The notes beneath the pieces are model-generated. The model saw nothing but the letters and a program-made list of their open reading frames with translations, did no database searches and was not told the origin of the DNA. Of a stretch of 64,000 bases of DNA, positions 1 through 10,234 are shown in pieces. The position numbers and the translations under genes are program-made. Location of the stretch: positions 352,001-416,000 of the forward strand of contig CAVTBV010000013.1 in assembly GCA_963733095.1 (NCBI GenBank). The letters run 5' to 3'. Numbering within the stretch: position 1 is the stretch's first letter; each line of letters begins with the position of its first letter. The stretch comes from Candidatus Bathyarchaeota archaeon. GTDB taxonomy: Archaea; Thermoproteota; Bathyarchaeia; Bathyarchaeales; Bathycorpusculaceae.

Positions 1-465
1 GTTTCACCAGGCACAACGCAATCTGTGAATGCTATGCGATTCCCCAACGGAGTTCCTGCGGTTTCTGATGCAAGCCAAAGTGCATGGATGGAATACATTT
101 ACATGGAAAAGCCACGCCCAACCAACGTAACTGGCGTAACTGTTGCTTTGAGTGTTGTCGATGCGAACGGTAATCAAAGAGAAATCGGCACAACTACTGC
201 GAACGCTGATGGTTTCTTTAGCTTCGATTGGCAGCCAGACATTGACGGCCAATTCACTGTTACAGCTACTTTTGCAGGCAGCGAATCTTACTGGCCATCA
301 CATGCAGTGACAGCATTCAATGTTGACGCTGCCCCAGCACCTACTCAGACTTCAGAGACAACCATCAATTTGCCGCCAACTGAGATGTACATCGCAGCTT
401 CGACTATCGCCATCATTGTGGCAATCGCCTTAGTTGGCGTGTTGCTGCTAAAGAAGAAAGCGTAA
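1..465 (+). CDS. C-terminal part of PQQ-type beta-propeller surface protein (5'-truncated by window)
   Basis: Frame is open from base 1. RFPNGVPAVSDASQSAWMEY motif shared with 843..3536 and 16796..19435; C-terminal TM helix plus basic tail (LLLKKKA). Confidence 0.8.
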   Translation, partial: VSPGTTQSVNAMRFPNGVPAVSDASQSAWMEYIYMEKPRPTNVTGVTVALSVVDANGNQREIGTTTANADGFFSFDWQPDIDGQFTVTATFAGSESYWPSHAVTAFNVDAAPAPTQTSETTINLPPTEMYIAASTIAIIVAIALVGVLLLKKKA

Positions 466-480
466 GAAGACCAACATAAA

Positions 481-630
481 CAAACAATCTTTCCCCTTTT
501 TTAGTCTTTTAATGCATTAGAGAAAAAATGCGGGCTGAGTAGGCTCTGGTTACAGTTATCCTGGGGATGCGCATTTGCATTTGCGTTCTTCTCTCCTAAA
601 AAATCCTCGCTCCAGAGCCTCAGCAAACCC
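481..630. repeat. Conserved ~150 bp intergenic element, copy 1 (T-rich terminator plus structured core 532-630)
   Basis: Aligns with 3550-3697; shared GGGCTGAGTA, CGCATTTGCATTTGCGTTCT and CCAGAGCCTCA..AAACCC blocks; AGGCTCTGG (541-549) is complementary to CCAGAGCCT (612-620). Confidence 0.85.
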
Positions 631-722
631 ATCATATTACTCGAAAAGTTTAAAATCGACATTTCGGTTTATAGAAGATACTTTTTTAATTATGATTTGA
701 ATAGATTTCAACTTTTTTAGCA

Positions 723-809
723 TCAGTGCCCCCTTGCCACGCAGTATTATAAGCCATAACCTATCATAATCAACGACTGCGCAAAACAAATCTTTCAACA
801 GGTTTGTTT
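723..809 (+). promoter_or_regulatory. Conserved promoter and 5' leader of beta-propeller gene
   Basis: TCAGTGcCCcCTTGCCACGCAGTaTTATAA nearly identical to 16675-16704; TTATAA TATA box; AAACAAATCT..AGGTTTGTTT inverted repeat at 784-809. Confidence 0.7.
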
Positions 810-842
810 CCGCTCAAAGAAATGCATGGAGAAAAAAGAAAA

Positions 843-3536
843 ATGCAAACATTGAAAAACAAAACTATGGCAATAATTTTCGCTCTATTAATGATAACGT
901 CAACAGCAAGCGCAATATCAATTCTTCCTACTGCAAGCGCACATGATCCCGCATGGACTTTCCCAAGCTACTCTTACATCGTTCCAGCACCAGACCCAAT
1001 CGGCGTCGGCCAAACTGGCGCTATCGTAATGTGGGTTGATTACCCACTGCCAGGTGCGTTAGTTACAAACGACATTAGACGCCATGACTACACCCTAACC
1101 ATTACCAAGCCAGACGGAACAACCCAAACACAGCATTGGGACCGCAACACCCCTGATGCAGATACAACCGGTATTCAATACTGGCAATACACCCCTGACC
1201 AAGTTGGAACATATATTCTCAAATTCGACTACGGCGGGCAAGTCTTTACATGGCCCGGAACATACAACGGCGATATCTACTCACCTTCAACAAAATCAGT
1301 AAACTGGACAGTACAACAAGAACAGTTGCCTGCACCCATAACGACATATCCGCTTCCAACCGAATACTGGACACACCCAATTGAGGGACAAAACACTGAC
1401 TGGTGGCTAATCTCATCAAACTGGCTGGGTACGCCACAAATCGTCAACAGGTTCCAACCCTACGGTGCAGCACCTAACAGTGCACACGTTATGTGGTCTA
1501 AGCCTATTCAACAAGGCGGAGTGGTCGGTGGCATGATAGGTCCATCTGAAGATGAACCAGTCAAAACATACTACATGGGTGGGTCATACAACACACGATT
1601 CAGCAACGCATTAATCATGAACGGCAAAATCTACTACGAACTGCCATACGGCAACTCAGGCAGCGGCGGCGGATACGTCTGCAACGACCTAAGGACAGGC
1701 GAAGAGCTTTGGCGAATTAACACAACACAAGTAGGCATCGGAGCATCAGCCACTAACCTCGTGCCATCATTCGGCTGGCTCGAATCCTTTGATGACGGCA
1801 ATCAACACGGCGCACTACCAAATGGCTTGATAGTTGCAACTTCTGGCTCCACATGGTATGGATATGACCCAGATACAGGTGTACTCACAAGAATGAACAT
1901 CACTAACGTCCCAACAGGTACATCAGTTGCAGGTCCAAAAGGCTCAATCCTACGTTTCTGCCTTGTCAACTATGGTACAGCGGCAGATCCACAATGGTAT
2001 CTACAAGAGTGGAACTCAACCAAACTCATTTCATCACCTGGAGGCATAGGACAATCAGGCTGGTACACCGGTACAATACGGGCAGATATTCCAATAACTC
2101 CTGAAAGACCAACAACAAACGCGGGATCGGGACGGACATGGGCTTGGAACGGAACGGGATGGAGCGCAGTGTCTACCGCACAGGCAACAGGAACAACAAC
2201 ACGTTTTGACTTCAACAAATCGATAACATTGATGAATGGTGCATCATGGTCAATCAATAGCTATTCAGCCTATAACGGTTACTTACTATTGACTCAAGGG
2301 CGTTTCGGAGGCAGAGCAGATACTTACTATAGCGGAGACTGGTACGGCGCAAACATAACCTGCATCAGCACCAAACCTGACAACTGGGGAACAGTCTTAT
2401 GGTCTAAGTATTTCCCAGCACCACCAGGCAACGTTACACGTGACCTTGTCGGCGTCGACCAGCAAAACGGTGTCTTCATATTCGAAGACCGCGAATTGCT
2501 ATCCCACACAGGCTACAGTCTAGCAACTGGCGAGAAAATCTGGGGACCAACTGAACCAGTCGACCAATATGACTACTTCAGATCAACCACCCGTGTTGCC
2601 TACGGTAACTTCTACTTTGGCGGTTACGGCGGTATAGTTTACTGCTATGACACCTTAACTGGCAAATTAGAGTGGACTTACGGCAACGGAGGCGAAGGCA
2701 ACAGCACTGCAAGTGGTCTAGTAACCGCTTGGGGACACTACCCAGTGTTCTTCCCAGCAATCGCAGACGGCAAAGTCTTCTTGGCAACAACAGAGCATTC
2801 CCCCGACTCACCATACTACAAGGGTGCACAAGTACGGGTAATCAACGCAACGACCGGCGAAGAAATATGGACACTTGAAGGTTGGGGTACCGGCATGGAT
2901 GCCAACTACGACATTGTCGCAGACGGCTATTATGCTTACTTCAACGGCTATGATAGCAAAGTCTACGTCATTGGCAAGGGTCCAAGTGAAACCTCAATAA
3001 ACATTCAAAACAATGTCATATCAATGGGCAACAATGTTTTGATTGAGGGTACAGTAACAGATATCGCTGCTGGCACTAAACAGAATGAGCAAGCTGCACG
3101 TTTCCCGCAAGGCGTTCCCGCAGTCTCTGACGCAAGCCAAAAAGCATGGATGGAATACGTCTACTTCCAGAAACCACGTCCAACGGATGTTACAGGCGTC
3201 GACGTTGCATTGAAAGTAATTGACCCCAACGGTAACACCTACAACATCGGAACTGCAACAAGCGATGCATACGGACACTACACCCTAATGTACAAACCTG
3301 AAGTGCCCGGAACCTACACAGTTGTCGCCGCATTCAGCGGAACGGAATCATATTACCCATCATACTCTGAAGCAGCCTTCGGTGTATCAGACGCATCACC
3401 AACAGCAGCCCCAACAGCAGAGCCCCTAAAATCCGTAGCTGACACATACTTCATCCCAGCAGTCACAGGCATAATCATAGCAATAGCCATAGTTGGCGCT
3501 TTATTAGCAATCATGTTGCTAAGAAAGCGACCTTAA
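843..3536 (+). CDS. Large secreted, membrane-anchored PQQ-like beta-propeller repeat protein
   Basis: Signal peptide (MQTLKNKTMAIIFALL), repeated YD.LTG..W propeller motifs, C-terminal TM plus RKRP. Start moved from TTG 804 to ATG 843 (GGAGA upstream; matches paralog N-terminus). Confidence 0.85.
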   Translation: MQTLKNKTMAIIFALLMITSTASAISILPTASAHDPAWTFPSYSYIVPAPDPIGVGQTGAIVMWVDYPLPGALVTNDIRRHDYTLTITKPDGTTQTQHWDRNTPDADTTGIQYWQYTPDQVGTYILKFDYGGQVFTWPGTYNGDIYSPSTKSVNWTVQQEQLPAPITTYPLPTEYWTHPIEGQNTDWWLISSNWLGTPQIVNRFQPYGAAPNSAHVMWSKPIQQGGVVGGMIGPSEDEPVKTYYMGGSYNTRFSNALIMNGKIYYELPYGNSGSGGGYVCNDLRTGEELWRINTTQVGIGASATNLVPSFGWLESFDDGNQHGALPNGLIVATSGSTWYGYDPDTGVLTRMNITNVPTGTSVAGPKGSILRFCLVNYGTAADPQWYLQEWNSTKLISSPGGIGQSGWYTGTIRADIPITPERPTTNAGSGRTWAWNGTGWSAVSTAQATGTTTRFDFNKSITLMNGASWSINSYSAYNGYLLLTQGRFGGRADTYYSGDWYGANITCISTKPDNWGTVLWSKYFPAPPGNVTRDLVGVDQQNGVFIFEDRELLSHTGYSLATGEKIWGPTEPVDQYDYFRSTTRVAYGNFYFGGYGGIVYCYDTLTGKLEWTYGNGGEGNSTASGLVTAWGHYPVFFPAIADGKVFLATTEHSPDSPYYKGAQVRVINATTGEEIWTLEGWGTGMDANYDIVADGYYAYFNGYDSKVYVIGKGPSETSINIQNNVISMGNNVLIEGTVTDIAAGTKQNEQAARFPQGVPAVSDASQKAWMEYVYFQKPRPTDVTGVDVALKVIDPNGNTYNIGTATSDAYGHYTLMYKPEVPGTYTVVAAFSGTESYYPSYSEAAFGVSDASPTAAPTAEPLKSVADTYFIPAVTGIIIAIAIVGALLAIMLLRKRP

Positions 3537-3549
3537 AAAATCTAAAACC

Positions 3550-3697
3550 CAAACAATCTTCCCTTTTTTAGTTTTTTTAACGTATTGGAGAAAAAGTTTA
3601 GGGCTGAGTAAGCTCTTGTTACAGCTTACTCGTGATACGCATTTGCATTTGCGTTCTCCTCTCTTAAAATCCCTGCCCCCAGAGCCTCACTAAACCC
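3550..3697. repeat. Conserved ~150 bp intergenic element, copy 2
   Basis: Homologous to 481-630; perfect 9-bp hairpin GAGTAAGCT (3606-3614) / AGCTTACTC (3623-3631). Confidence 0.85.
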
Positions 3698-3793
3698 CTC
3701 CATAATCTTTAAACACATTTTCCTTGAACCGTTAAGCCAATCGATATGCATTTAGGTTTGAAAACAAGATATACAAGAAATAGTTGATGCTCG

Positions 3794-5077
3794 ATGACTT
3801 TGGTTAAAATAAGAGAAGTATTAGCTGGCAACTGCAAGGAACAGAACGTCACCGTTCGCGGATGGGTTTACCGTAAACGCGAAGGAAAAGAACTCATATT
3901 CCTATTAATCCGCGATTCCACTGGCGTAATCCAGTGCACCATAAAGAAAACCAGCCCCGGATGGAATGAAGCCCAAAAAATAACAATTGAATCCTCACTT
4001 ACCCTTGAAGGAACCGCCAAAGAGGACAAGCGTGCCCCAGGCGGATTTGAAATCGGGGCAGAAAGCCTCAGCATCTTGGGGTTAGCCGAAACTTTTCCCA
4101 TCTCCAAAGACAAAAGTGAAGAATTCATACGTGACATGCGCCACCTGTGGTTACGAAGCAGAAAAATGAACTTGGTTATGAAGGTCCGTGCAGAGGTGTT
4201 AGACGCAGCCCGCGAATACTTCAAGAGCCAAAAATACATTGAGGTCTCTCCGCCCATGTTCATTTCAGCAGCAGTTGAAGGTGGCTCAACACTTTTCGGT
4301 TTAAAATACTTTGACCAAGAACTATACTTAACCCAAAGCAGCCAACTCTACCTCGAAATACTCATCTATTCATTAGAAAACGTCTACTGCATTGCGCCGT
4401 CGTTCCGTGCAGAAAAAAGCCGAACCATCCGTCACTTGACTGAGTACTGGCACATTGAGGGTGAATGGCCTTTTGCAGACATGAATGATTTGATAAAGTT
4501 TGAAGAAGGCTTAATGTCACATGTTTGCCAAGTCATCGGTGAGCGGTGCCAAGCTGAATTCAAGGAATTGGGCGCTGACATTGAAAAACTCAAAGCGGTG
4601 GCGGTGCCGTTTCCAAGAATAACCTACAAGGAAGCTATAGAGAGGCTAAAACCTAAAAACCCAGCCCTAAATTGGGGTTCAGACCTTGGCTATGAGGACG
4701 AGAAAGTTTTAGCTGAAGACTTCGGCAAACCTTTCTTCGTTTACGATTACCCCACTGAAATCAAAGCTTTCTATTGCAAAACCTATCGTGACCACCCAGA
4801 AGTTGCAATGTCAGTTGACATGATGGTGCCCCGTATCGGTGAAATCAGCACAGGCGGCGCAAGAGAGGAAAACAAAGACATACTTATCAAGCGCATGAAG
4901 GCGCAGGGTCTAAAACCTGAAGACTATGAATGGTACCTTGATCTGCGACGCTACGGCACAGTCCCACATGTCGGCTTTGGGATGGGGCTTGAGAGGCTTC
5001 TGGTTTGGATGCTGGACTTAGACAACATCATCGATGCCATCCCATTCCCAAGAACCACCCGCAGGTTCTACCCCTAA
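3794..5077 (+). CDS. asnS: Asparagine--tRNA ligase
   Basis: OB-fold N-terminus (VRGWV), LTQSSQLYLE, FRAEKSRTIRHLTEYW, WYLDLRRYG..PH.GFGMGLERL class IIb motifs. Confidence 0.92.
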   Translation: MTLVKIREVLAGNCKEQNVTVRGWVYRKREGKELIFLLIRDSTGVIQCTIKKTSPGWNEAQKITIESSLTLEGTAKEDKRAPGGFEIGAESLSILGLAETFPISKDKSEEFIRDMRHLWLRSRKMNLVMKVRAEVLDAAREYFKSQKYIEVSPPMFISAAVEGGSTLFGLKYFDQELYLTQSSQLYLEILIYSLENVYCIAPSFRAEKSRTIRHLTEYWHIEGEWPFADMNDLIKFEEGLMSHVCQVIGERCQAEFKELGADIEKLKAVAVPFPRITYKEAIERLKPKNPALNWGSDLGYEDEKVLAEDFGKPFFVYDYPTEIKAFYCKTYRDHPEVAMSVDMMVPRIGEISTGGAREENKDILIKRMKAQGLKPEDYEWYLDLRRYGTVPHVGFGMGLERLLVWMLDLDNIIDAIPFPRTTRRFYP

Positions 5078-5090
5078 CCCCTCTTTATTT

Positions 5091-5792
5091 TTAGTACCCT
5101 GAAAAGAGTTCTCGCTTCAATTTTTCTTTAGGCAACCCCAAACTTACCACGAGTCGTTCCATAGCTTCAATCATCGGTGGCGGCCCGCAAGTGTAGAACA
5201 TGTTCTCTTCGTAATCGGGCAAATGCTGCTTTATCAAGTCAGCGTTTATTATGCCTGTGGCTCCCGTCCAACCCTGCGGGGCAGGCGTATTAACGGTGAA
5301 TACCAACTTGAGGTTTCCGTTTTTCGCTGCAAGCTCCTCAAATTCTTTGCGGAAAGCGATATCTTGGGGGGTTCGGCAACCATAGAACAGCGTGATTTTA
5401 CTGCTTAACCCTTTGTCGGTGGCGTTTTTGCAAAAACTCATAAAAGGTGTTATTCCAATGCCACCGCCAAGCAACGCGATTTTGGGGTATTCACCTTCAA
5501 AAGTGAATTGTCCAAACGGTCCATCTACACTTGCCCAGTCGCCAACATTTGCCGCTTTCAGCGCAAGGGAGTATTCATGGTCGGTGAACTTTTTTGTGAA
5601 TTCGATATGGTCTTTTTCCGTTGGGCTGCTGCTGAAGCTGAAGTGTTTCTTCAACTCTTTGTCGCCTTGTTTTAGGGTTACAAAAAAGAATTGACCTGGC
5701 TTGTATTCTAGTTCGGCTGGTCGTGGGAACCTGAAGCTGGTTACGTCATGAGTGCGGGGTATTATTTCTTGGAATTTAGTTTCAAACTTCAT
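5091..5792 (-). CDS. FAD/NAD(P)-binding oxidoreductase, ferredoxin-NADP reductase superfamily
   Basis: YKPGQF, FSFSSSP, DGPFGQF, GGGIGITPF, YTCGPPPM motifs. Confidence 0.88.
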   Translation of the reverse strand: MKFETKFQEIIPRTHDVTSFRFPRPAELEYKPGQFFFVTLKQGDKELKKHFSFSSSPTEKDHIEFTKKFTDHEYSLALKAANVGDWASVDGPFGQFTFEGEYPKIALLGGGIGITPFMSFCKNATDKGLSSKITLFYGCRTPQDIAFRKEFEELAAKNGNLKLVFTVNTPAPQGWTGATGIINADLIKQHLPDYEENMFYTCGPPPMIEAMERLVVSLGLPKEKLKRELFSGY

Positions 5793-6085
5793 TAAAGCAC
5801 CTTAAAAATGTAGTTTATATAGTGACCTTTAGAAGTTATAACTTTTTTGGCTGAAGAAATTACCGCTCCTTTCCAACATACTGCTGACCTCAGAACAACC
5901 CAATTCTGACTACCTTTATCGTTTCTGTAATGAATTTCTCTTAGGCTCATAATATGTTGGTACTTGCCTACCTCTCTAAAGGCCAAGTGCAACGGTTGGA
6001 TATTAGGATTCAAATATGAAATGCTTCTTTAAAAACTCATATATCCTAAGTTACAATAAGAATATCAACAAGCCAGAGCCCAAAA

Positions 6086-6637
6086 ATGAGTACTGATAAT
6101 CACATGGAAGCCACCTATAGACTTTCCAATTATTTAAAAAGCCACAAAGCGTCGCTTGGCTTGTTTTTGGCAGCTTACGGAACATTCTACCTAACATCGG
6201 TAGTGCTGAGCGGTTGGGCACTGGCTGATTGGGGAAAAAACATCGTTCTCTACCCGCCCTCAACCGTAAACACAGTCCTTCCCCGCAGTTTTATCGAACC
6301 TATGTTTTTTGTCTCAAGCTTCCCCGCATTGATAATAGGTGCGGCCATGCTGTGCATTTATAGCATACGCGGAATTTCATCAGAAGCATTTGCCGATAAA
6401 CAGTACGCTGCCATATTGTTAACTGCCTTTGGGTTTAGTTATATTGTGATTGGTGCTTGGCCGCTTGGTCAAAAAGATGTTTTTCCTTGGGAGTGGCAAA
6501 AACAGATAATCAGCTTTGCGCCAGGCTTTGCTTGGATATTGTACATTTTGGGTTTGGCGATTCTGGCAGTTGGCGCCGTCTCGCTCTACAAGCATAGCTT
6601 GATTTACCATCAAAAACATTCGGACGAGGCAGAGTAA
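6086..6637 (+). CDS. Hypothetical membrane protein (about 4 TM helices)
   Basis: 183 aa hydrophobic ORF abutting the P-ATPase start. Confidence 0.7.
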   Translation: MSTDNHMEATYRLSNYLKSHKASLGLFLAAYGTFYLTSVVLSGWALADWGKNIVLYPPSTVNTVLPRSFIEPMFFVSSFPALIIGAAMLCIYSIRGISSEAFADKQYAAILLTAFGFSYIVIGAWPLGQKDVFPWEWQKQIISFAPGFAWILYILGLAILAVGAVSLYKHSLIYHQKHSDEAE

Positions 6638-9409
6638 ATGGCGGCGCAGTGGCACAGCAAAACAACTGAAGAAGCTCTAAGCGAACTTGACGTTACCAGC
6701 AAAGGATTATCTACACGACAAGCCCAAGAACGCCTAAAAACAACGGGACCAAACGAGCTTAGGAAAGAAAAACAAAAATCAATCCTCAAACTTCTGCTCG
6801 ACCAATTCACGGACATTCTAATGGTTATCTTGCTAATAGCGACTGCACTTTCGGTTGCTGTTGGAGAAGTAACCGACGCTATCATTATTGTAGCTATAGT
6901 CATTGCGAGCGCAGCTTTAGGCTTCACCCAAGAGTACCGCAGTGAAAAAGCAGTTGAAGCTCTCAAAAAAATGACGGCGCCCACTGCCAGTGTTCTTCGT
7001 GACGGAAAAGAAACCAAGATTCCAGCAAGTCAACTGGTTCCTGGAGACATAATTTTTCTCTACACCGGAGATAAGGTTCCTGCTGATGCTAGGCTTCTTG
7101 AAGTTTATACTATGAAAACTGATGAAGCCTCATTAACTGGGGAATCTACACCCGTTGGTAAATCAGTCACTGTAATGGCTGAGCAGACACCGCTAAATGA
7201 CAGAACTAACTTGGTTTTCACTGGAACGGTCGTTGTTTATGGAAGAGGCAAAGCAGTTGTCACTTGTACTGGCATGAATACAGAGTTTGGCAAAATAGCT
7301 GAGATGGTTCAAGCTGCCCCCCAAGAGGAAACACCTTTGGAAAAACGCATGGGCAGTGTAGGTAAATGGATAGGCATTCTTTGTGTTGTTGTTGCTTTGA
7401 GTGTTGGAGTTATCGGGATTGTTGTTGAGCATCGTTCTGTTGTTGATATGGTTCTTTGGGCGATTAGCCTTGCGGTTGCCGCGGTTCCTGAGGCGTTACC
7501 TGCCATCATCACAGGAGCTCTTGCCATTGGTATGTACCGTATGGCTAAAGTGAACACTATTGTCAAACGGTTACCAGCCGTGGAGACGCTTGGGAGCACC
7601 AGCGTTATATGCAGCGACAAAACCGGGACCATGACAAAGGGCGAAATGACCATTCAACGCCTCTACGTTAATAACCAAACAATCAAAGTAACAGGAATCG
7701 GTTATGATCCGAAGGGCGAATTTCAAATTGAGGATAAAGCAGTTATCCCCGATGACAACCTGAAGACTCTGCTCAAAGTTGCAGTTCTATGCAACGACTC
7801 AAACCTTCAAAAAGACGGACAAACGGGCAAGTGGACAGTAAAAGGTGACCCAACGGAGGGTGCGCTGGTAGTTGCGGCAGAGAAAGCAGGGATAAACAAA
7901 GAAGAACTGGAAAAGCTGGAGCAACGCGTTTCTGAAGTGCCGTTTTCTTCAGAACGAAAACGCATGACCACCATACATGTCGCTGAAGGCAAAAAAGTCG
8001 CTTACATGAAAGGTGCCCCTGAAATAATCTTTGAGCGGTGCAGCAAAATCTTTTTGGATGGAAAAGTACAGCCATTAACCGAAGAACTGCGTGAAAAACA
8101 CCGCAAAGTCACTGAAGATATGGCTTTGGGTGCCCTGCGAAACCTCGCTTTCGCATACAAAGAGCTGCCAGAGGGAATGGAACAGTTCGTCGAGGAAAAT
8201 GAGCAGGAATTTGTATTTGTCGGCATAATGGGCATGATAGATCCTCCTCGCCCAGAAGTCAAAGACGCCATAGGCATATGCAAGACTGCTGGAATACGCG
8301 TTGTCATGATTACAGGTGACCACAAACTTACTGCCGTAGCAGTCGCCAAAGAGCTTAACCTGCTAAGTGAAGATGAGCAAGATTGCCAGGTCTTGACTGG
8401 TCAGGAGCTTGAGGTGATGAGTAATGAGCAGCTTGCACAAGTGGTGGAGAAGGTGGTAGTTTATGCCCGAGTAGCTCCCGAACACAAAACGCGGATTGTT
8501 AAGGCTTGGAAACAGAAAGACGAAGTTGTCGCCATGACAGGGGACGGCGTCAATGATGCACCTGCGCTTAAAATGAGTGACATAGGCATCGCCATGGGCA
8601 TTTCAGGTACCGAAGTTACCAAAGAAGCCGCGGACATGGTTTTGGCTGACGACAACTTTGCCAGCATCGTGAAAGCTGTGCGGGAAGGCCGAGAAATCTT
8701 TGACAACATTAAAAAATACCTCGCCTACCTGCTTCAATGCAACATCATGGAAATTCTAGTTATGTTCTTTGCTGTTGTTAGTGTGCCTTTCCTTGCCCGC
8801 TTTTTGTCTCCCGGGTCAGACGCAGAATTGGTGAACAGTGCGGCAATTGCATTAACTGCAGTGCAGATTCTTTGGATTAACCTTGTAACGGATGGTTTAC
8901 CCGCCATCGCTTTAGGTGTTGACCCTGGAGACCCTGATTTGATGCAGCGTAAACCGCGTAAGCCCAAAGAGAGCGTATTTAGCAAAGATGTAAAGGTTTA
9001 CTTGAGCACGGTGCCTATTCTCATGACGGTTCTTTTGCTGGTGGCGTTCTTTTCTCATATGCCTTGGTTGAGCCAGTTTAGGCTACTTGAGGCTCGAACA
9101 CAATTACTTACCGCCATGATCGCTATGGAGTTAGCTGTAGCAATCTCCTGCCGCTCACTAAAGTACCCTGTATTCAAGGTTGGAGCCTTCAAGAACAAGT
9201 TCCTCTGGTATGCTGTCATCTCATCGTTTGTATTACAGCTGTTTATTCTATACGTGCCGGGCCTCCAGGTTCTTTTCGATATTCACTCACCTGAACTAAT
9301 CGACTGGGCAATTGCAGGGCTGTTTGCAGCTTTGGTCTTTACCTCTCTCGAAGTTGGCAAATACCTTACTTCAAGGAACAGAAACGTATCGGTTTCCAAA
9401 GCTTTATAA
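6638..9409 (+). CDS. Cation-transporting P-type ATPase (P2A, Ca2+-type)
   Basis: TGES, AVPEALP, CSDKTGT, KGAPE, MITGD, TGDGVNDAPALK, QILWINLVTDGLPA. Confidence 0.92.
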   Translation: MAAQWHSKTTEEALSELDVTSKGLSTRQAQERLKTTGPNELRKEKQKSILKLLLDQFTDILMVILLIATALSVAVGEVTDAIIIVAIVIASAALGFTQEYRSEKAVEALKKMTAPTASVLRDGKETKIPASQLVPGDIIFLYTGDKVPADARLLEVYTMKTDEASLTGESTPVGKSVTVMAEQTPLNDRTNLVFTGTVVVYGRGKAVVTCTGMNTEFGKIAEMVQAAPQEETPLEKRMGSVGKWIGILCVVVALSVGVIGIVVEHRSVVDMVLWAISLAVAAVPEALPAIITGALAIGMYRMAKVNTIVKRLPAVETLGSTSVICSDKTGTMTKGEMTIQRLYVNNQTIKVTGIGYDPKGEFQIEDKAVIPDDNLKTLLKVAVLCNDSNLQKDGQTGKWTVKGDPTEGALVVAAEKAGINKEELEKLEQRVSEVPFSSERKRMTTIHVAEGKKVAYMKGAPEIIFERCSKIFLDGKVQPLTEELREKHRKVTEDMALGALRNLAFAYKELPEGMEQFVEENEQEFVFVGIMGMIDPPRPEVKDAIGICKTAGIRVVMITGDHKLTAVAVAKELNLLSEDEQDCQVLTGQELEVMSNEQLAQVVEKVVVYARVAPEHKTRIVKAWKQKDEVVAMTGDGVNDAPALKMSDIGIAMGISGTEVTKEAADMVLADDNFASIVKAVREGREIFDNIKKYLAYLLQCNIMEILVMFFAVVSVPFLARFLSPGSDAELVNSAAIALTAVQILWINLVTDGLPAIALGVDPGDPDLMQRKPRKPKESVFSKDVKVYLSTVPILMTVLLLVAFFSHMPWLSQFRLLEARTQLLTAMIAMELAVAISCRSLKYPVFKVGAFKNKFLWYAVISSFVLQLFILYVPGLQVLFDIHSPELIDWAIAGLFAALVFTSLEVGKYLTSRNRNVSVSKAL

Positions 9410-9456
9410 AAAAGAATGCTGAATTCACTTAAAACATTAAAATCGGGGAAACATAA

Positions 9457-10047
9457 ATGAGTATTACAGAAAAATTAGCTAATCCTGCACCACTCGGACT
9501 CCTAGGCTTTGGACTGACAACTGTACTGCTGAACCTAGTTAATGCTGGCGCATTTCCACTTGATACAGTAATTCTAGCAATGGGCATAGCTTACGGTGGT
9601 ATAGCACAGATTATTGTTGGCGTCATGGAATTCAAAAAAGGCAACACCTTCGGCACAGTCGCATTTCTTTCTTACGGCTTGTTCTGGTGGAGTCTTGTCA
9701 TGCTTCTGCTTCTACCTAACCTCACAGGCTTCACAGCTCCCTCTACCTCTTCCTTGGCAGCTTACTTCATCATGTGGGGCATCTTCACTCTCGGCATGTT
9801 CTTCGGAACCCTCAAAGCCAACCGCGCCCTACAATTCGTATTCGGTAGCCTCTTCATCCTGTTCTTCATGCTGGCAATAAGAGAGTTAACTAATAACCCA
9901 GTCCTGTCCGGATCCATAACATTCAACACATTCGTAGGAATCGAAGGCGTCATCTGTGGTGCAAGTGCAGTGTACCTTGGCTTAGCAGAAGTTCTAAATG
10001 AAGCTCACTCAAAAACAGTTCTGCCAATCCTGCCAGTCAAAAAATAA
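9457..10047 (+). CDS. satP: Acetate uptake transporter (GPR1/FUN34/SatP family)
   Basis: ANPAPLGL signature, GNTFG, YGLFW; adjacent to acetyl-CoA synthetase. Confidence 0.88.
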   Translation: MSITEKLANPAPLGLLGFGLTTVLLNLVNAGAFPLDTVILAMGIAYGGIAQIIVGVMEFKKGNTFGTVAFLSYGLFWWSLVMLLLLPNLTGFTAPSTSSLAAYFIMWGIFTLGMFFGTLKANRALQFVFGSLFILFFMLAIRELTNNPVLSGSITFNTFVGIEGVICGASAVYLGLAEVLNEAHSKTVLPILPVKK

Positions 10048-10234
10048 ATCTTCCAACATTTCTTTTTTATTTTTTATTCAATCTTAAAACTTCTAAGAAG
10101 AATGCATATCAAAAAGCGTGAGCATCTCATTAATGTAAAAACTGCTTAATCGTTTTTGTTTTATGCGTTTTAGTTGAAAAAACTTATATTCTTAGCGGCT
10201 CACTCTTCCCAGCATCTATAGGAAATGATAGCAC

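Noticed and set aside
481-3697. Intergenic repeat considered as CRISPR or tRNA
   Set aside because: Only two copies 3 kb apart, no spacer periodicity, no cloverleaf, no cas genes
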